Shown: one piece after another, positions 38,519 through 49,046 of the stretch
Numbering within the stretch: the stretch's first letter is position 1
Layout: every line of letters starts with the position of its first letter
Assembly: GCA_965261595.1 (NCBI GenBank)
Contig: CBDHDG010000006.1
Location: forward strand, 608,001-672,000
DNA length: 64,000 nt
Direction of reading: 5' to 3'
Source: a bacterium
GTDB taxonomy: Bacteria > UBA8248 > JACPRG01 > G963555815
Program-made: the position numbers and the translations under genes
The notes under the pieces: model-generated
Databases searched by the model: none
The model's input: the letters and a program-made list of their open reading frames with translations, nothing else
What the model was told of the DNA's origin: nothing

Positions 38519-38653
38519 CTAAAGCAGGAAGGTGACCCAGCCGGCGAGCCCCCCCACAACGAAGAGGGCGAAGAGCGCCTTCCCCCAAATTCCGCATCGA
38601 CCCATTCCACACTTCCTTTCCCCGTCTCTTTTCACGCCTTGCTCTTCTTTCAT
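38519..38653 (-). CDS. 44-aa single-pass membrane protein (not in the ORF track)
   Basis: RBS GGAAGGAGG; MKEEQGVKRDGERKCGMGRCGIWGKALFALFVVGGLAGWVTFLL*. Confidence 0.55.
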   Translation of the reverse strand: MKEEQGVKRDGERKCGMGRCGIWGKALFALFVVGGLAGWVTFLL

Positions 38654-38873
38654 GCTCGGTCCTCCTTCCGGGCCGCCCGGTTCAACTCCATTCCCTCAAT
38701 CGGAAAATCACCCATTAGACAAAAGGGGGTTCCATCGGGCGCGAACGAAAGGCTTCGGGATGAGCCAAACGGTGGACGCGGCTCAGAGGAAAGAGCGGTG
38801 GACTGATTTCATCGGGAGGAAAGCGGGCGAACGTCGGCGGCGCCTGGCGGGGGGGAGGGGGAGGGGGGGGATG

Positions 38874-39281
38874 TCAATGGCCCCAGCGTCTTCGGCGGCC
38901 CCGGCGGCCTCCCCGGCGATGCCGCCTCTCGCGGAATTTCTTGATGAGTCTCTCGAATTTTCGGTCCTGTTCCGGATTCAAGACGGGGCGAATCCGCTCG
39001 CCGCCCTTTTCCAGAACCCGGTCTATCTTCCGGAACGCTTCCGCGCGGACATCGCCCAATTCCTTCCAGGTCGTCCGGAGGACGGGGGCGATTTCCGCCC
39101 GCTGGGCTTCGGAAAGATCGAGCTTCCGGGAGAGGAATCCGAGGATGCGCGCCTGCCTTTTCTCCGGGCCTCCTCTCCAACCCCCGCCCCAAAAGCCCAG
39201 GTAGGCCCGATCCAGAAGCACCCCGCCTCCCATCCCGAGCAGGAACACGCCGATCAACGCCCAAAGGGCCTTCCGCTTCAT
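38874..39281 (-). CDS. Membrane-anchored Spy/heavy-metal-sensor-like helical protein
   Basis: N-terminal TM, KLDLSEAQ and VLNPEQ motifs; coupled to the anti-sigma gene. Confidence 0.75.
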   Translation of the reverse strand: MKRKALWALIGVFLLGMGGGVLLDRAYLGFWGGGWRGGPEKRQARILGFLSRKLDLSEAQRAEIAPVLRTTWKELGDVRAEAFRKIDRVLEKGGERIRPVLNPEQDRKFERLIKKFRERRHRRGGRRGRRRRWGH

Positions 39282-39736
39282 TCTTCCGTCGCTCCCGCCC
39301 ATTGGTTCAGGACCGCGTCCGGCTCGATCAGGCTGATGAGGGGAAAGTCGGACTCCTGAAGTCCCGCTCCGTCCCCCTCCCCCCCCACCGCCCCACGCCA
39401 GAAGGCCGCGCCGCCCAGGAGCAGCAAAATGAGCGCAAACGCGGGCGCCAGCCTGCGGGTCCACAGGAGGAGGACCTCGCTGAACGACTCGGACTGATCC
39501 AACCGTTTCTGGATCCTCGCCATCACCCCCGGCCAGAGCGAGTCCCGCAACACGGGCTCAGGCGCGGCGGCGAAGAACCGCTTCCAGAAAACCTCTTCTT
39601 TCAGAAGAGGCCGGCAGTCGGCGCACGAGCGGTGGTGCTCGGCGGCGTCCTCCGGCATCTCGCTATGGGATGCGGCCGGCCCTGCCTCCCCCTCCCCCTC
39701 CCGCTCCAGCCACGATTTGAAATCTTCACACTTCAT
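39278..39736 (-). CDS. Zinc-finger anti-sigma factor
   Basis: MKCEDF...EHHRSCADCR (HxxxCxxC) plus one TM segment. Confidence 0.8.
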   Translation of the reverse strand: MKCEDFKSWLEREGEGEAGPAASHSEMPEDAAEHHRSCADCRPLLKEEVFWKRFFAAAPEPVLRDSLWPGVMARIQKRLDQSESFSEVLLLWTRRLAPAFALILLLLGGAAFWRGAVGGEGDGAGLQESDFPLISLIEPDAVLNQWAGATEE

Positions 39737-40374
39737 GACCCGCCTCCTCCCCCCTCCCCCCGTCCCCCCCGTATGAATTCCGGGGCGTACGGTGAAAGCG
39801 CCTCGCGGAGCCTTTTTCGCGCCCGGGAATGCCTGGACTTGACCGTCCCGACGGAGCATTTCAGCACCCGGCTCACCTCCAGATAGGAAAGCCCCTCGAT
39901 ATCCTTGAGGGTCACGATAACGCGCATCCGGTCCGGCAGGCTTGCGACCGGCCGGCCCACCAGCTTCCGAAGAACCTCCGGGGGCCCGCCGGAAGGCTCT
40001 TCGGCCTCCAGGCCGGGTTGACCGACCCACCCGTCGAGCGCTTCGACGGCCTCTCCCTCTTCTCCCCGCGAGATCGCGTCATCGAGCGAGGCCCGCCGGG
40101 ATTCCTTCTTCATTTCGTCCCGAGCCCGGTTGACGGCGATCCGGTAGAGCCAAGTGCCGAAGGCCGCGTCCCCCCTGAACTTCTTCAGAGAAAAATAGGC
40201 CTTCACGAAAACCTCCTGGACAACGTCCTCGACGTTGCCGTGTCCATGCCCGATCAGGCCCGAAACCAGCCGGTGAATTCGGGCCTGGTAACGCTCGACC
40301 AGGAAGCGATAGGCCCGGGCGTCACCTTCCTTTGCCCACCGGACCGACCCCCGCTCCTCGTCCGCCTTCGCCAC
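39733..40374 (-). CDS. ECF sigma-70 factor
   Basis: EDVVQEVFVKAY, FGTWLYRIAVN, EGLSYLEVSRVLKCSVGTVKSR; start codon uncertain. Confidence 0.9.
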   Translation of the reverse strand: MAKADEERGSVRWAKEGDARAYRFLVERYQARIHRLVSGLIGHGHGNVEDVVQEVFVKAYFSLKKFRGDAAFGTWLYRIAVNRARDEMKKESRRASLDDAISRGEEGEAVEALDGWVGQPGLEAEEPSGGPPEVLRKLVGRPVASLPDRMRVIVTLKDIEGLSYLEVSRVLKCSVGTVKSRHSRARKRLREALSPYAPEFIRGGRGEGGGGGS

Positions 40375-40702
40375 AACGGCAATGCCCTTCCTTCCGGCGC
40401 CTGCGTGCCGGCCAAACCGCGGATGAAGGCGCTCGCGCTCATCACAACTTGGCGGCGCACGCCACGTGTGAGTTGATCGACCGGGCGTCCTCTTTGGGGC
40501 AAGCGTCGTTCGGCCGATGCGAGACCTCCGTCGCTTAGCATCCGGAACAAAGGCCATCCAAGAGGAACCGAACCTCCTTGAGTCACTCAACAAACCGACA
40601 CACCCATTTGACGGTCGGGGGTTCCCTCCGCGGCGATGTCCGAGCAAAGAACGGAAAAAGGGGCCGTCTCGGGGGCCGTGAACGGCGGACCTTCGGGAGC
40701 AT

Positions 40703-41134
40703 TCAGGGCCTCTCGGATCGGGACCGCGCCCCTCCCCCTCCCCCCAGCCCTCTCAGGGATTTCTCCAGCCCCTTCAGGGACTTGCCAAGCCCTTTGAAAG
40801 ATTCGAGCTCAGGAAAAAGATCGGCCACAAGATCGGACTCCTTCTCGGTCAGCAAACGGAATCCAATCCGGACGCAATCCGTCTGGCTCCACCTTTTTTC
40901 TTTGATCTTGCTTCGGACCGCCATGGTGACAAAGGGCCCGGCCAGCGTTTTGAGCCGAGCGATCGCGGGATGCCGGACGGTCTCCCTGTCGATGGCCCTC
41001 CGGCTCGCCGCAACGGCCTCGACGGTCAGAATGTCGTACGGCAGGACGGATTGATAGCGGGTGTACACCATGATAATCGCTCCGCCCAGGACGAAACCCA
41101 GGAGCAGGGTCAGGACACTCTTCAAGGCGGTCAT
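40703..41134 (-). CDS. Hypothetical membrane-anchored protein
   Basis: MTALKSVLTLLLGFVLGGAIIMVY N-terminal TM; host-like codon usage. Confidence 0.6.
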   Translation of the reverse strand: MTALKSVLTLLLGFVLGGAIIMVYTRYQSVLPYDILTVEAVAASRRAIDRETVRHPAIARLKTLAGPFVTMAVRSKIKEKRWSQTDCVRIGFRLLTEKESDLVADLFPELESFKGLGKSLKGLEKSLRGLGGGGGARSRSERP

Positions 41135-41192
41135 TCGAAGTTCCTTGGCCGGCGGCCCTCGAGGCGACGGGGGTCGGGTGGGGCCGGGGGGG

Positions 41193-42059
41193 TCAGCGCG
41201 GCTCGGCGAGGCCGCCGTAAGTCTCAGGCCGGCGATCGCGGAAGAACTGCCACCGGTTGCGCGCCTCGCGCACCGTGTCCAGGTCGATGCCCGCGACGAC
41301 CAGCTCGTCTTCGTCCTCGCCCGCCCGGGCGAGGATCTTCCCGCGCGGATCGACGACGTAGGTCGAGCCATAAAACTTGCCGATGTTCCACGGGGCCTCG
41401 GTCCCTACGCGGTTGATGGCGCCGATGAAAACACCGTTGGCGACGGCGGAGGCCGGCTGCTCCAGCTCCCAGATGGTTTGGCTGAGCCCGGCCGTGGTGG
41501 CCGAGGGGTTGACGATGTACTCGGCCCCGTTCAGCGCCAGGGCGCGCCACCCTTCGGGGAAGTGCCGGTCGTAGCAGATGTAAACCCCCAGCTTGAGAAA
41601 GGCCGTCTCGAAGACGGGGTAGCCGCTGTTTCCCGGCTTGAAGAAGAATTTCTCGTAGAACCCGGCGACCTGGGGCAGGTGCGTCTTCCGGTACTTTCCG
41701 AGGTAGGCGCCGTCGGCGTCGATGACCGCGGCGGTGTTGTAGTAGACGCCGGCCATCTCCTCCTCGACGACCGGGACGATCATCACCATCCCGTGCTTCT
41801 TCGCGAGCGCCCGCATGCGCCCGACAGTCGGGCCGTCCGGAACGGCCTCGGCCGCGTCGCACCACTTGATGTCCTGGCTGGGGGGGAAATAGGGCTGGGT
41901 GAAAAGCTCCTGAAGGCAAAGGACCTGAACGCCCCGCTTGCCGGCTTCCTCGATGAAGGGGGCATGGGCTTCGGTCATGACCTCGCGGATCTCGTCCGGC
42001 GGCAGGTCCGTCCCGCATTTCAGGGACATTTGTATCAATCCAACTTTGACCTCGCTCAT
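41193..42059 (-). CDS. Carbon-nitrogen hydrolase (beta-ureidopropionase-like)
   Basis: CLQELF, GKYRKTH, ICYDRHFPE catalytic E-K-C motifs. Confidence 0.92.
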   Translation of the reverse strand: MSEVKVGLIQMSLKCGTDLPPDEIREVMTEAHAPFIEEAGKRGVQVLCLQELFTQPYFPPSQDIKWCDAAEAVPDGPTVGRMRALAKKHGMVMIVPVVEEEMAGVYYNTAAVIDADGAYLGKYRKTHLPQVAGFYEKFFFKPGNSGYPVFETAFLKLGVYICYDRHFPEGWRALALNGAEYIVNPSATTAGLSQTIWELEQPASAVANGVFIGAINRVGTEAPWNIGKFYGSTYVVDPRGKILARAGEDEDELVVAGIDLDTVREARNRWQFFRDRRPETYGGLAEPR

Positions 42060-42337
42060 CCTTCCTCCGGCCCTTTTCAGATTGATGATCCACAGACACC
42101 GGCCCCGCGCGGGCGGGGATGACACAGGTTACACCGATTTTATGAAGGTTGGCGAGTTCGCGTGCGCGGGCTCAATCATTCAACTGATCTGATGTGATTT
42201 GTCATTCCGGTGAGCCGGCTGGTGGCCGTCCCGACGGCCGCCCGCAGCGAGCGTGATTGTCCGGTTGGATTGATTTTCCAATCGGGTACACTGATACAGG
42301 TTTCTGACAAAAAACCCAATAACAGGAGGAAACACCC

Positions 42338-42628
42338 ATGTATGCGCGCATCAATCTGCTGCATTTCAAGCCGGGGACGTTGGATAAAGGGCACCAAAGC
42401 GCGCGCGTAGCTTCCGCCGCGTACAAGGCCCTCAAGGGGTTCAAGTCGATGGTCTTCATTGGGGATGATGAAGCGAACGAATTCGGATCGTTCAGCCTTT
42501 GGGAAACAAAGGAAGACGCCGAGGCCGCCTCGGAAGGGTTAAGGCCCAGAATGATGGAGGAGGTGGGCGATCTGTTCAGCGCCCCGCCAACAACCAGGGT
42601 GTTCGAGGTGCACAAGGTGGAAGCGTAG
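42338..42628 (+). CDS. ABM-like dimeric alpha-beta barrel protein
   Basis: MYARI...FKPG, LKGFK, SFSLWETKEDAEA, RVFEV; RBS AGGAGG. Confidence 0.75.
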   Translation: MYARINLLHFKPGTLDKGHQSARVASAAYKALKGFKSMVFIGDDEANEFGSFSLWETKEDAEAASEGLRPRMMEEVGDLFSAPPTTRVFEVHKVEA

Positions 42629-42780
42629 GCTCGGTTTCTCGCCAGCCTAAAATCTAACCCGTGGGCGCATGCTCCTCTTGCTCGCCCCATTGAGAACCCT
42701 CACTTCCTCTCGGTTCCATCCTTCTCGGGCGAAGCCGGGAACCCCCTAGCGGCGCGTGGAGGGCGCGTCGCTGACTTTTC

Positions 42781-43770
42781 CTAGACGTGATTCCTGAGCA
42801 TGAGCTCCTTCGGATTGGGGTCCAGGTAGACCTGCCCCTGGAGATAGCCGACGTCGAAGCGCCGGATGTAGTGGCGGATGAGAGTCAGCGGGACAATCAA
42901 AGGAATTAAGCCGTATCGGTAGTCATCGATGAGTCCTAGGAGGACCTGTTTGGAAGCTGCATCGAGGACCTTTTTGAAATATCCACTAATGTGGATCAGG
43001 ACATCCGTATTCCTTTTTGGCGTTGCCATCTTGGCCAAAGCACTCATGAATTCAAATTCATACTGAGAGCGGACTTTATCCCGCGGCACGGCCTTCGCGT
43101 CAGCAACAAGGCGGCCCATCCGCCGATAGGCCTGTTCTGAATGCGCGCGTAGTTGGAACTTATGGGCTGTGTGAAAGGCAACCAAATCGCCCACAGTCCA
43201 TCGCTTAGAAAAAAGCCGCCTTAACCGGTGGTAAGCGAATATCCGCTCTACGAAGTTCTCCCGGAGGCGCGGATCGTTTAGTCGTCCTTCCTCCTCAACC
43301 GGCAAGAGCGGTGACGCTTCCAAGAGTACCTCCGCAAAGACCCCCCGTCCCGATTTCGAAGGAACCTTGTTGGGATCGTACACCTTGACCCGCTCCATTC
43401 CGCAGGTGGGCGAATCCTTCTTCAAGATGTAGCCGGATAGATCCTCCCGTGTGAGCTCATTCACTCGTCGCTCCGCGCACGCACGCATGGAGTTGGTGTG
43501 ATCAACGCCTGGCTTGGGCATTATGAGACGGATACCGTTGTCCATCCGAACGAGACGCAGGGTCTCTCGGGGCGTCCCCAGGCCTATCTCCACCTCCGGG
43601 CAAACCGGCACCCACTCAACGAAGCAGCCAAACGTGTCGACCAGGAAGCTATCTTTGGCGTGACCCCCATTAAACCGGACCTTCTCTCCGAGCAGGCAGA
43701 AAGAAATTCCAATTCGAATGGGTGTCGACTGCTGATCCGTCGAACTTTGGCTTCTGTTATTGCTTGCCAT
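42781..43770 (-). CDS. DUF523 + DUF1722 protein (YbgA-like)
   Basis: IGISFCLLGEKVRFNGGH, PVCPEVEIGLGTPRE, KKDSPTCG, EEEGRL, ELMLRNHV. Confidence 0.9.
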   Translation of the reverse strand: MASNNRSQSSTDQQSTPIRIGISFCLLGEKVRFNGGHAKDSFLVDTFGCFVEWVPVCPEVEIGLGTPRETLRLVRMDNGIRLIMPKPGVDHTNSMRACAERRVNELTREDLSGYILKKDSPTCGMERVKVYDPNKVPSKSGRGVFAEVLLEASPLLPVEEEGRLNDPRLRENFVERIFAYHRLRRLFSKRWTVGDLVAFHTAHKFQLRAHSEQAYRRMGRLVADAKAVPRDKVRSQYEFEFMSALAKMATPKRNTDVLIHISGYFKKVLDAASKQVLLGLIDDYRYGLIPLIVPLTLIRHYIRRFDVGYLQGQVYLDPNPKELMLRNHV

Positions 43771-43792
43771 TTCGATGCGCCTCATCGGGCCG

Positions 43793-45188
43793 TTAGCCTT
43801 TGCTGCCCTTTTCTAGGCTTTCAATTCTCTGGATATAGGCTTTGCTGTCGAATTTTCTGGAAGTGCTTTCGTAGGACATATAGCGGATTTTTCCGAAGAC
43901 CGTCCGCTCTGGTCCCCATGCCCTGTCGTGCTTGCCGCCAATCGCCCATGCGATGCCCGTATATCCGTTGGGGTCTCTTCCGTCCAACTCATAGCGATCA
44001 TTCAAACGAATGCAAATATTCAATGCCTCCTCTGGAGATCGTGTCCATTGCAGAATCTTTTTTGCCCAATACATACGCAGATATCCGTGCATCCACCCTG
44101 TCATCACCATCTGCTTCTGTGAAGCATTCCAGAGTGGATCATGGGTCTCAGCATTCTCGAGCGAAACCTCTTTGTACCTATAGGACCGAGGGTCCGAGGC
44201 ATGTTCCCGCAACGTCCGCCGAGCCTATTTCTCACAGCTTTCGAGGGAATCGTAATGGGGGTTGAAGCGTACGAAGTTGACCGCTAGCTCACGGCGAACG
44301 ATCAACTCCTCTAAGAAAGCTTTTTTATCCACTGCTGGGGCATCCGCTTCTTGAACTGCCAAAGCCACGGTGTGCGGGCTGATCTGCCCAAAGTGTAGAT
44401 ACGGTGAAAGTTGGCTGGTCTCGTTCAACTCGGGGTGGTTTCGGTTCCTAGCGTACCCCTTGAGGGCATCACCGATGAATTGTTTAAGCGCTCTCAGTGC
44501 GTGAAGCGTACCTCCGCGGAGATGGCTCACTGGCTGAACGGAGCGATCGATGTCCAACCCCTCGAGAAGGTAGGTGTCTGGTTCGAGAGTGTACAGGCTG
44601 CGTAGCGCTTTCCACGGGACGTGCACGTGGGTATTACCAACGGGGACCAGGAACTGGTCGAGTTGATCTCGAATTTTTGGCCTAATGGTACGTGCGGCGT
44701 AGTGTTCCTTCTCAAGCAGGACAGAGGGGACGATGACATCTGCGTCCACCGTCCAAAAGGGAGCTTCCAATCGGACGGTGACCTTCTGCCTCCTGCGCTC
44801 GGCTCCCCGCAGCGGATTCTCGTCGCCTATTACGAGGCAGGGGCGTACCTTTTCACAGAACTTTAGGAGACAGTGATTCGGCTGGCGGCGGACCACAAAA
44901 CCGATTCCGCGGCGACGGAGCCGATCGGCTGTCTCTACCAGACCTTCGACCAGAAAATGGAAGTGCCGTAAGTTGGCGCCGACCCTGAGGGGACAAACCG
45001 AAGAAGACGACGACGGGTTTCCTCAAGAGGTTAGCAGCCTGAACGGCAGTCTCCAGGACGGGGTTATCAACCGCTCGCTGTGCCCGCTGCATCCAGTAAA
45101 CTACAGCGTTGCCTTCAAGGTTGGGGGAACCACCCAGTCGAACAAAAATACGCGGATCCTCTGTTAAAGATTCGATGGTTTTCTTCAT
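43793..45188 (-). pseudogene. Class II CPD photolyase (frameshift near 44980, TAG at 44225-44227)
   Basis: [60 protein letters not shown] spread over three ORFs. Confidence 0.9.
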
Positions 45189-45193
45189 CGTTT

Positions 45194-46656
45194 TTATGTT
45201 TGCTGGGCAAAGGCGGCAATGCGACGTAGCATGCGTGAAAAAATCAAATGATGGACTGGATACAACGCGTACCAATAGATCAGTCCCCAAAGGCCGAGTG
45301 GATCGAAGACTACTGTTTATCGAATCACAGATCCCTGTGAGCTCTCTTTCACTTCAAACTCGAGCCAGGCCCGCCCAGGGAGTTTCATTTCGGCGGAAAG
45401 TCGAAGCCTTTTATCCGGTTCAATGGCGTCCACCCGCCAAAAATCCAAGGTGTCTCCTACCCTTATTGACTCGGGATCCCTGCGCCCCCGTCTGATACCA
45501 ACACCACCTAAGAGCAGATCGAGGAAACCCCTAATCCGCCAAAGCGTGTTTCCGTAATACCAGCCTGCGCTTCCTCCAATGAGGCGTATGGGTCTGAAGG
45601 CATCGGCAGGGTGAACGCCGACGGAAATCTCTCGGAGGTCAACGATCCGGGTTCCGAACCGAGTGCCGCCCCAATTTCGTCGAGACCCGCCTGAGGAGAA
45701 CGCGTCCGACCATCGGGTCTCGGCCAGTTCGCAAGCCTCATTGGATAACGCTCTCTGGATGGCCTCCTCCAATCCGCGCGCTTTAATTCCGAAAACGGAA
45801 ATGGCGGAGGGGTCTTGGACCAGCGTGGGATTCTGCAGGCTATCGATGAGCTTGCGACCAATACGCGCATAAATTGGCGTCACCAAACCCAACCAGAGAC
45901 TAGATAGCCTCGGCTCAACACGGGCACGGAAATCATCAAGCGGCGAAGCCCACGTTGTTTTGCATACTCTTTCATGATCCCACCGTAGGAAACTTGATCC
46001 GTACCCCCAATTTCGAAGATTCGATTTTCCTCAACAGGGAGGTCCAAAGCAGCGACTAGGTACCCCAGAAGGTCTTCGATGGCAATCGGCTGGGCCGGTG
46101 TAGAAACCCACTTTGGACAGATCATTATAGGAAGCCGTTCAACGAGAGTACGGATCAATTCAAACGACAGGCTTCCTGAACCAATCACGATAGATGCCCG
46201 GAATTCAGTTACGGAAACGCCGCTTCCCCTCAGAACGTTCCCAACCTCCTGGCGGCTCCGCAGGTGGGGGGAGAGATTCTGTCCTCGGCCGTCTCCCAAA
46301 CCGCCGACATAGATGATCTGCCGCACCCCTGACGAGCGTGCCGCCTCTCCGAAGTTGCGAGCCGCCGTCCGGTCCTGATCTTCGAAATCGTGTTTCGACC
46401 CCATCGAGTGAATCAGATAGTAGGCTGTATGCACGCCTGAGAGCGCTATAGGCAGAGAATCACGGTCCAGGCAATCGGCGGGAATGACCTCCGTATCCGG
46501 TCCAACGCGCGGTCGCAAAGACTCGGGCCACCGAGCCATACAGCGCAAGTGACGGCCCGCTTCTTCAAGAGATTTCCTAAGCCTTCCGCCCACGTATCCC
46601 GTCGCGCCGGCAATTAGGATGATTGGTCTTTCTTTGGATGGAATCAGATGTGCCAA
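45194..46656 (-). pseudogene. YbjT-like SDR + DUF2867 protein (frameshift near 45900, TAA at 45317-45319)
   Basis: GATGYVG, HLRSRQEVG, GDTLDFWRV, AEMKLPGRAWLEF, then FDPLGLWGLIYWY after the stop. Confidence 0.88.
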
Positions 46657-46887
46657 TTCGTACGGCCTTCGCAGCTTAGGTGGGTGTTTTGGGTTTGGAT
46701 CCTAGAGGGAAAACAGATTACGTAGACCGAAGAGGCCTATCCCATCCCGCAAGGGGGCAAACGGCGGTTCACGGTGAATTCCGAAATCCGTCTAGGAATT
46801 CTCGGAATTCGGAGAATCTCTGAATTCTGACCGCACCAATCGCATCCAGAGTATTGCGATAGTTCTCCGAGGCCCTGCCCTACGCCG

Positions 46888-46974
46888 GTCACCTACCTCG
46901 CCCAGGGGATCCTCTACCCCGACACAATCGAGGGCGTTTCCTTCCGAGGTCCCTCAACCACTATTAAATCTCAC
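46888..46974 (+). pseudogene. guaA: Internal fragment of GMP synthase
   Basis: [29 protein letters not shown] versus the conserved GuaA motif LAQGTLYPDVIES...IKSHHN. Confidence 0.7.
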
Positions 46975-47002
46975 CGTGGAATCCGCGGATAAATCAATAC
47001 GA

Positions 47003-47044
47003 AAAAAGGAGGCGGCCGGCACCGTGATCCCCAGCCACCTCCTT
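47003..47044 (-). terminator. Probable tRNA terminator
   Basis: AAGGAGG.GGC...GCCACCTCCTT inverted repeat with an A run on + (U run on -). Confidence 0.6.
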
Positions 47045-47052
47045 GCGTTTTC

Positions 47053-47129
47053 TGGCGCGCGATGCAGGACTCGAACCTGCGACCTTCGGCTCCGGAGGCC
47101 GACGCTCTATCCAGCTGAGCTAATCGCGC
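47053..47129 (-). tRNA. tRNA-Arg(CCG)
   Basis: GCGCGATTAGCTCAGCTGGATAGAGCGTCGGCCT-CCG-GAGCCGAAGGTCGCAGGTTCGAGTCCTGCATCGCGCGCCA folds as a cloverleaf with encoded CCA. Confidence 0.97.
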
Positions 47130-47149
47130 TTGAACATTCGTCTAGCCGA

Positions 47150-47178
47150 AAGATATTCCCACGCCGGGGGACTGTCAA
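47150..47178 (-). promoter_or_regulatory. sigma70 promoter of tRNA-Arg
   Basis: TTGACA-N17-TATCTT on the minus strand. Confidence 0.7.
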
Positions 47179-47228
47179 TCATTCGGCGGCGGGGGCTTCC
47201 AGTCCCGGCCGGCCGAAGGCCCCCGGCC

Positions 47229-48212
47229 TCAGCCTATCCCGACGACGACGTTGCCGACCGCCTGTCCGCCCTCGACGGCCTCGTGCGCGGCGGCGAGGTC
47301 CGCCAGGGGGAATTCGGCCGCGATGGGGAAGGTGAGCTTGCCCGCCTCCATGACGCGGACGAGGTCTTCGCAGGCTTGGCGCTTGGCCTCCTCGGGCATG
47401 GTGTAGAGGAAGACCTGCCGGACGACCGTGTTGAGGAACATGAAGGGATAAAAGGGGAGCTTCGGCTCCATCTCCCCCATGGACGCGTACGTGGCGATGG
47501 CCCCGTTGTTCTTCAGCGCCCCCAGGCTGGCCTGGATGTTCCCGCCGAAATCGACCTCCACGATCCGGTCCACCCCTTCGCCGCCGGTGACCTCCCGGAC
47601 CCGCTCGGCGACGTTCTCCGTCCGGTAATTGACGACGTGATCGGCCCCGGCTCCCCGGGCGCGCTCCGCCTTCTCGTCCGAGCTCACCGTGGCAAGAACA
47701 GACGCGCCACCCCACTTGGCTAGCTGCACCGCGCAATGTCCAACGGTTCCGGCCCCGCCGGTCACCAGGACAATCTTCTCCTGAACCGGACCATCCGCGA
47801 ACACGCAACGGTGGGCAGTCATCCCGGGAATACCCACGCACGCCCCCTCCACATCGGTCACACCCTCCGGCAGGCGGACGGCCTGTCCGGCGGGCAGGGC
47901 GATGAATTCCGCCGCCGTCCCGAAGGGCCGGTCCCACTGTCCGTTAAAGACCCAGACCCGCTCGCCGACGCGGGCGGGATCGACGTCCGGACCCACCCGA
48001 TCGATCTCCCCGGCCCCGTCGCTGTGCGGAACGACACGGGGGAATTTCATGGGGCCGCGAGCGCCCAGTCGATTCTTGGCGTCGGACGGATTCACGCCCG
48101 AAACGGCCAGGCGGATCCGCACCTCGCCCGCTCCCGGCTCCGGCGCGTCCATCTCTCCGACCCGGATGACTTCCCCGGCCGGACCCTGTTTCTCGTACCA
48201 TCCCGCCCGCAT
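47229..48212 (-). CDS. NADPH:quinone reductase (MDR/zeta-crystallin family)
   Basis: GVNPSD, PHSDGAG, VLVTGGAGTVG, VEVDFG. Confidence 0.92.
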   Translation of the reverse strand: MRAGWYEKQGPAGEVIRVGEMDAPEPGAGEVRIRLAVSGVNPSDAKNRLGARGPMKFPRVVPHSDGAGEIDRVGPDVDPARVGERVWVFNGQWDRPFGTAAEFIALPAGQAVRLPEGVTDVEGACVGIPGMTAHRCVFADGPVQEKIVLVTGGAGTVGHCAVQLAKWGGASVLATVSSDEKAERARGAGADHVVNYRTENVAERVREVTGGEGVDRIVEVDFGGNIQASLGALKNNGAIATYASMGEMEPKLPFYPFMFLNTVVRQVFLYTMPEEAKRQACEDLVRVMEAGKLTFPIAAEFPLADLAAAHEAVEGGQAVGNVVVGIG

Positions 48213-48488
48213 CGGCCCTCCTCCATCTGTTCCGGGAATGCGGCCCGCGGCCGCGGGCCTCCCGGGGGATTCTCGATAAACCCCTGTGAACGGAAAGCCG
48301 ATCATGCATCCCGGACAAAATCCGCGCAAGCCCCCCCGGATTCCCTCCCGCCCGCTCCCCACGCACAACCCGCACGGGCGTTGACTCCCCCGGGAAGTAC
48401 CGATATATATTGAATTCGGACGGGGGTCCGCCGTTGAGACCGCGGACGGGCCGGGTGATTCCGACATGAATAAATTTGGAGCAAAGGG

Positions 48489-49046
48489 ATGGCCGTGTCC
48501 CCGCTGACGCACGTAGACCCGTCGGGACAGGCCCACATGGTGGACGTGGGCGAAAAGGCCGTGACGCGCCGGGAGGCGACGGCCCGGGGACGGGTGTGGA
48601 TGAAGCCCGAGACACTGGACCTGATCCGCGAGAACGCCGCGGCCAAGGGGGATGTCCTGGGCGTGGCCCGGGTGGCGGGAATCCAGGCCGCGAAAAAAAC
48701 AGGGGAGCTGATCCCCCTCTGCCACCCCCTGAGCGTCTCGGGCGTGGACGTGGAGTTCTCGCTCGGCGAGGGGGGGCCGGAAACCTCGGCCGCCGCGGAA
48801 GCCACGGGGGACACGGCGTGGGTGGACATCGAGACGCGGGCGCGGATCACAGCGCAAACGGGCGTAGAGATGGAGGCGCTGACGGCCGCCGCCGTCGCGG
48901 CCCTTACGATTTATGACATGTGCAAGAGCGTGGACCGGTCGATGGTCATCTCCGACATCCGTCTGGTGAGCAAATCCGGCGGGCGGAGCGGAGATTATTC
49001 GAGGGCTGGCGAGCCGCGGGCCGGGGAGCCGGGCAATCCAGGATGA
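48489..49046 (+). CDS. moaC: Cyclic pyranopterin monophosphate synthase
   Basis: [49 protein letters not shown]. Confidence 0.96.
   Translation: MAVSPLTHVDPSGQAHMVDVGEKAVTRREATARGRVWMKPETLDLIRENAAAKGDVLGVARVAGIQAAKKTGELIPLCHPLSVSGVDVEFSLGEGGPETSAAAEATGDTAWVDIETRARITAQTGVEMEALTAAAVAALTIYDMCKSVDRSMVISDIRLVSKSGGRSGDYSRAGEPRAGEPGNPG

Noticed and set aside
21045..44227. Several in-frame TAG codons (21321, about 22883, 44225, possibly 17975) suggesting amber recoding or pyrrolysine
   Set aside because: The photolyase TAG falls where a Trp (TGG) is expected; the same genes carry other lesions (frameshifts, GNHD to ENHD, an in-frame TAA in the neighbouring gene); TAG ends intact genes elsewhere in the window. 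Ordinary pseudogenisation is the simpler explanation.
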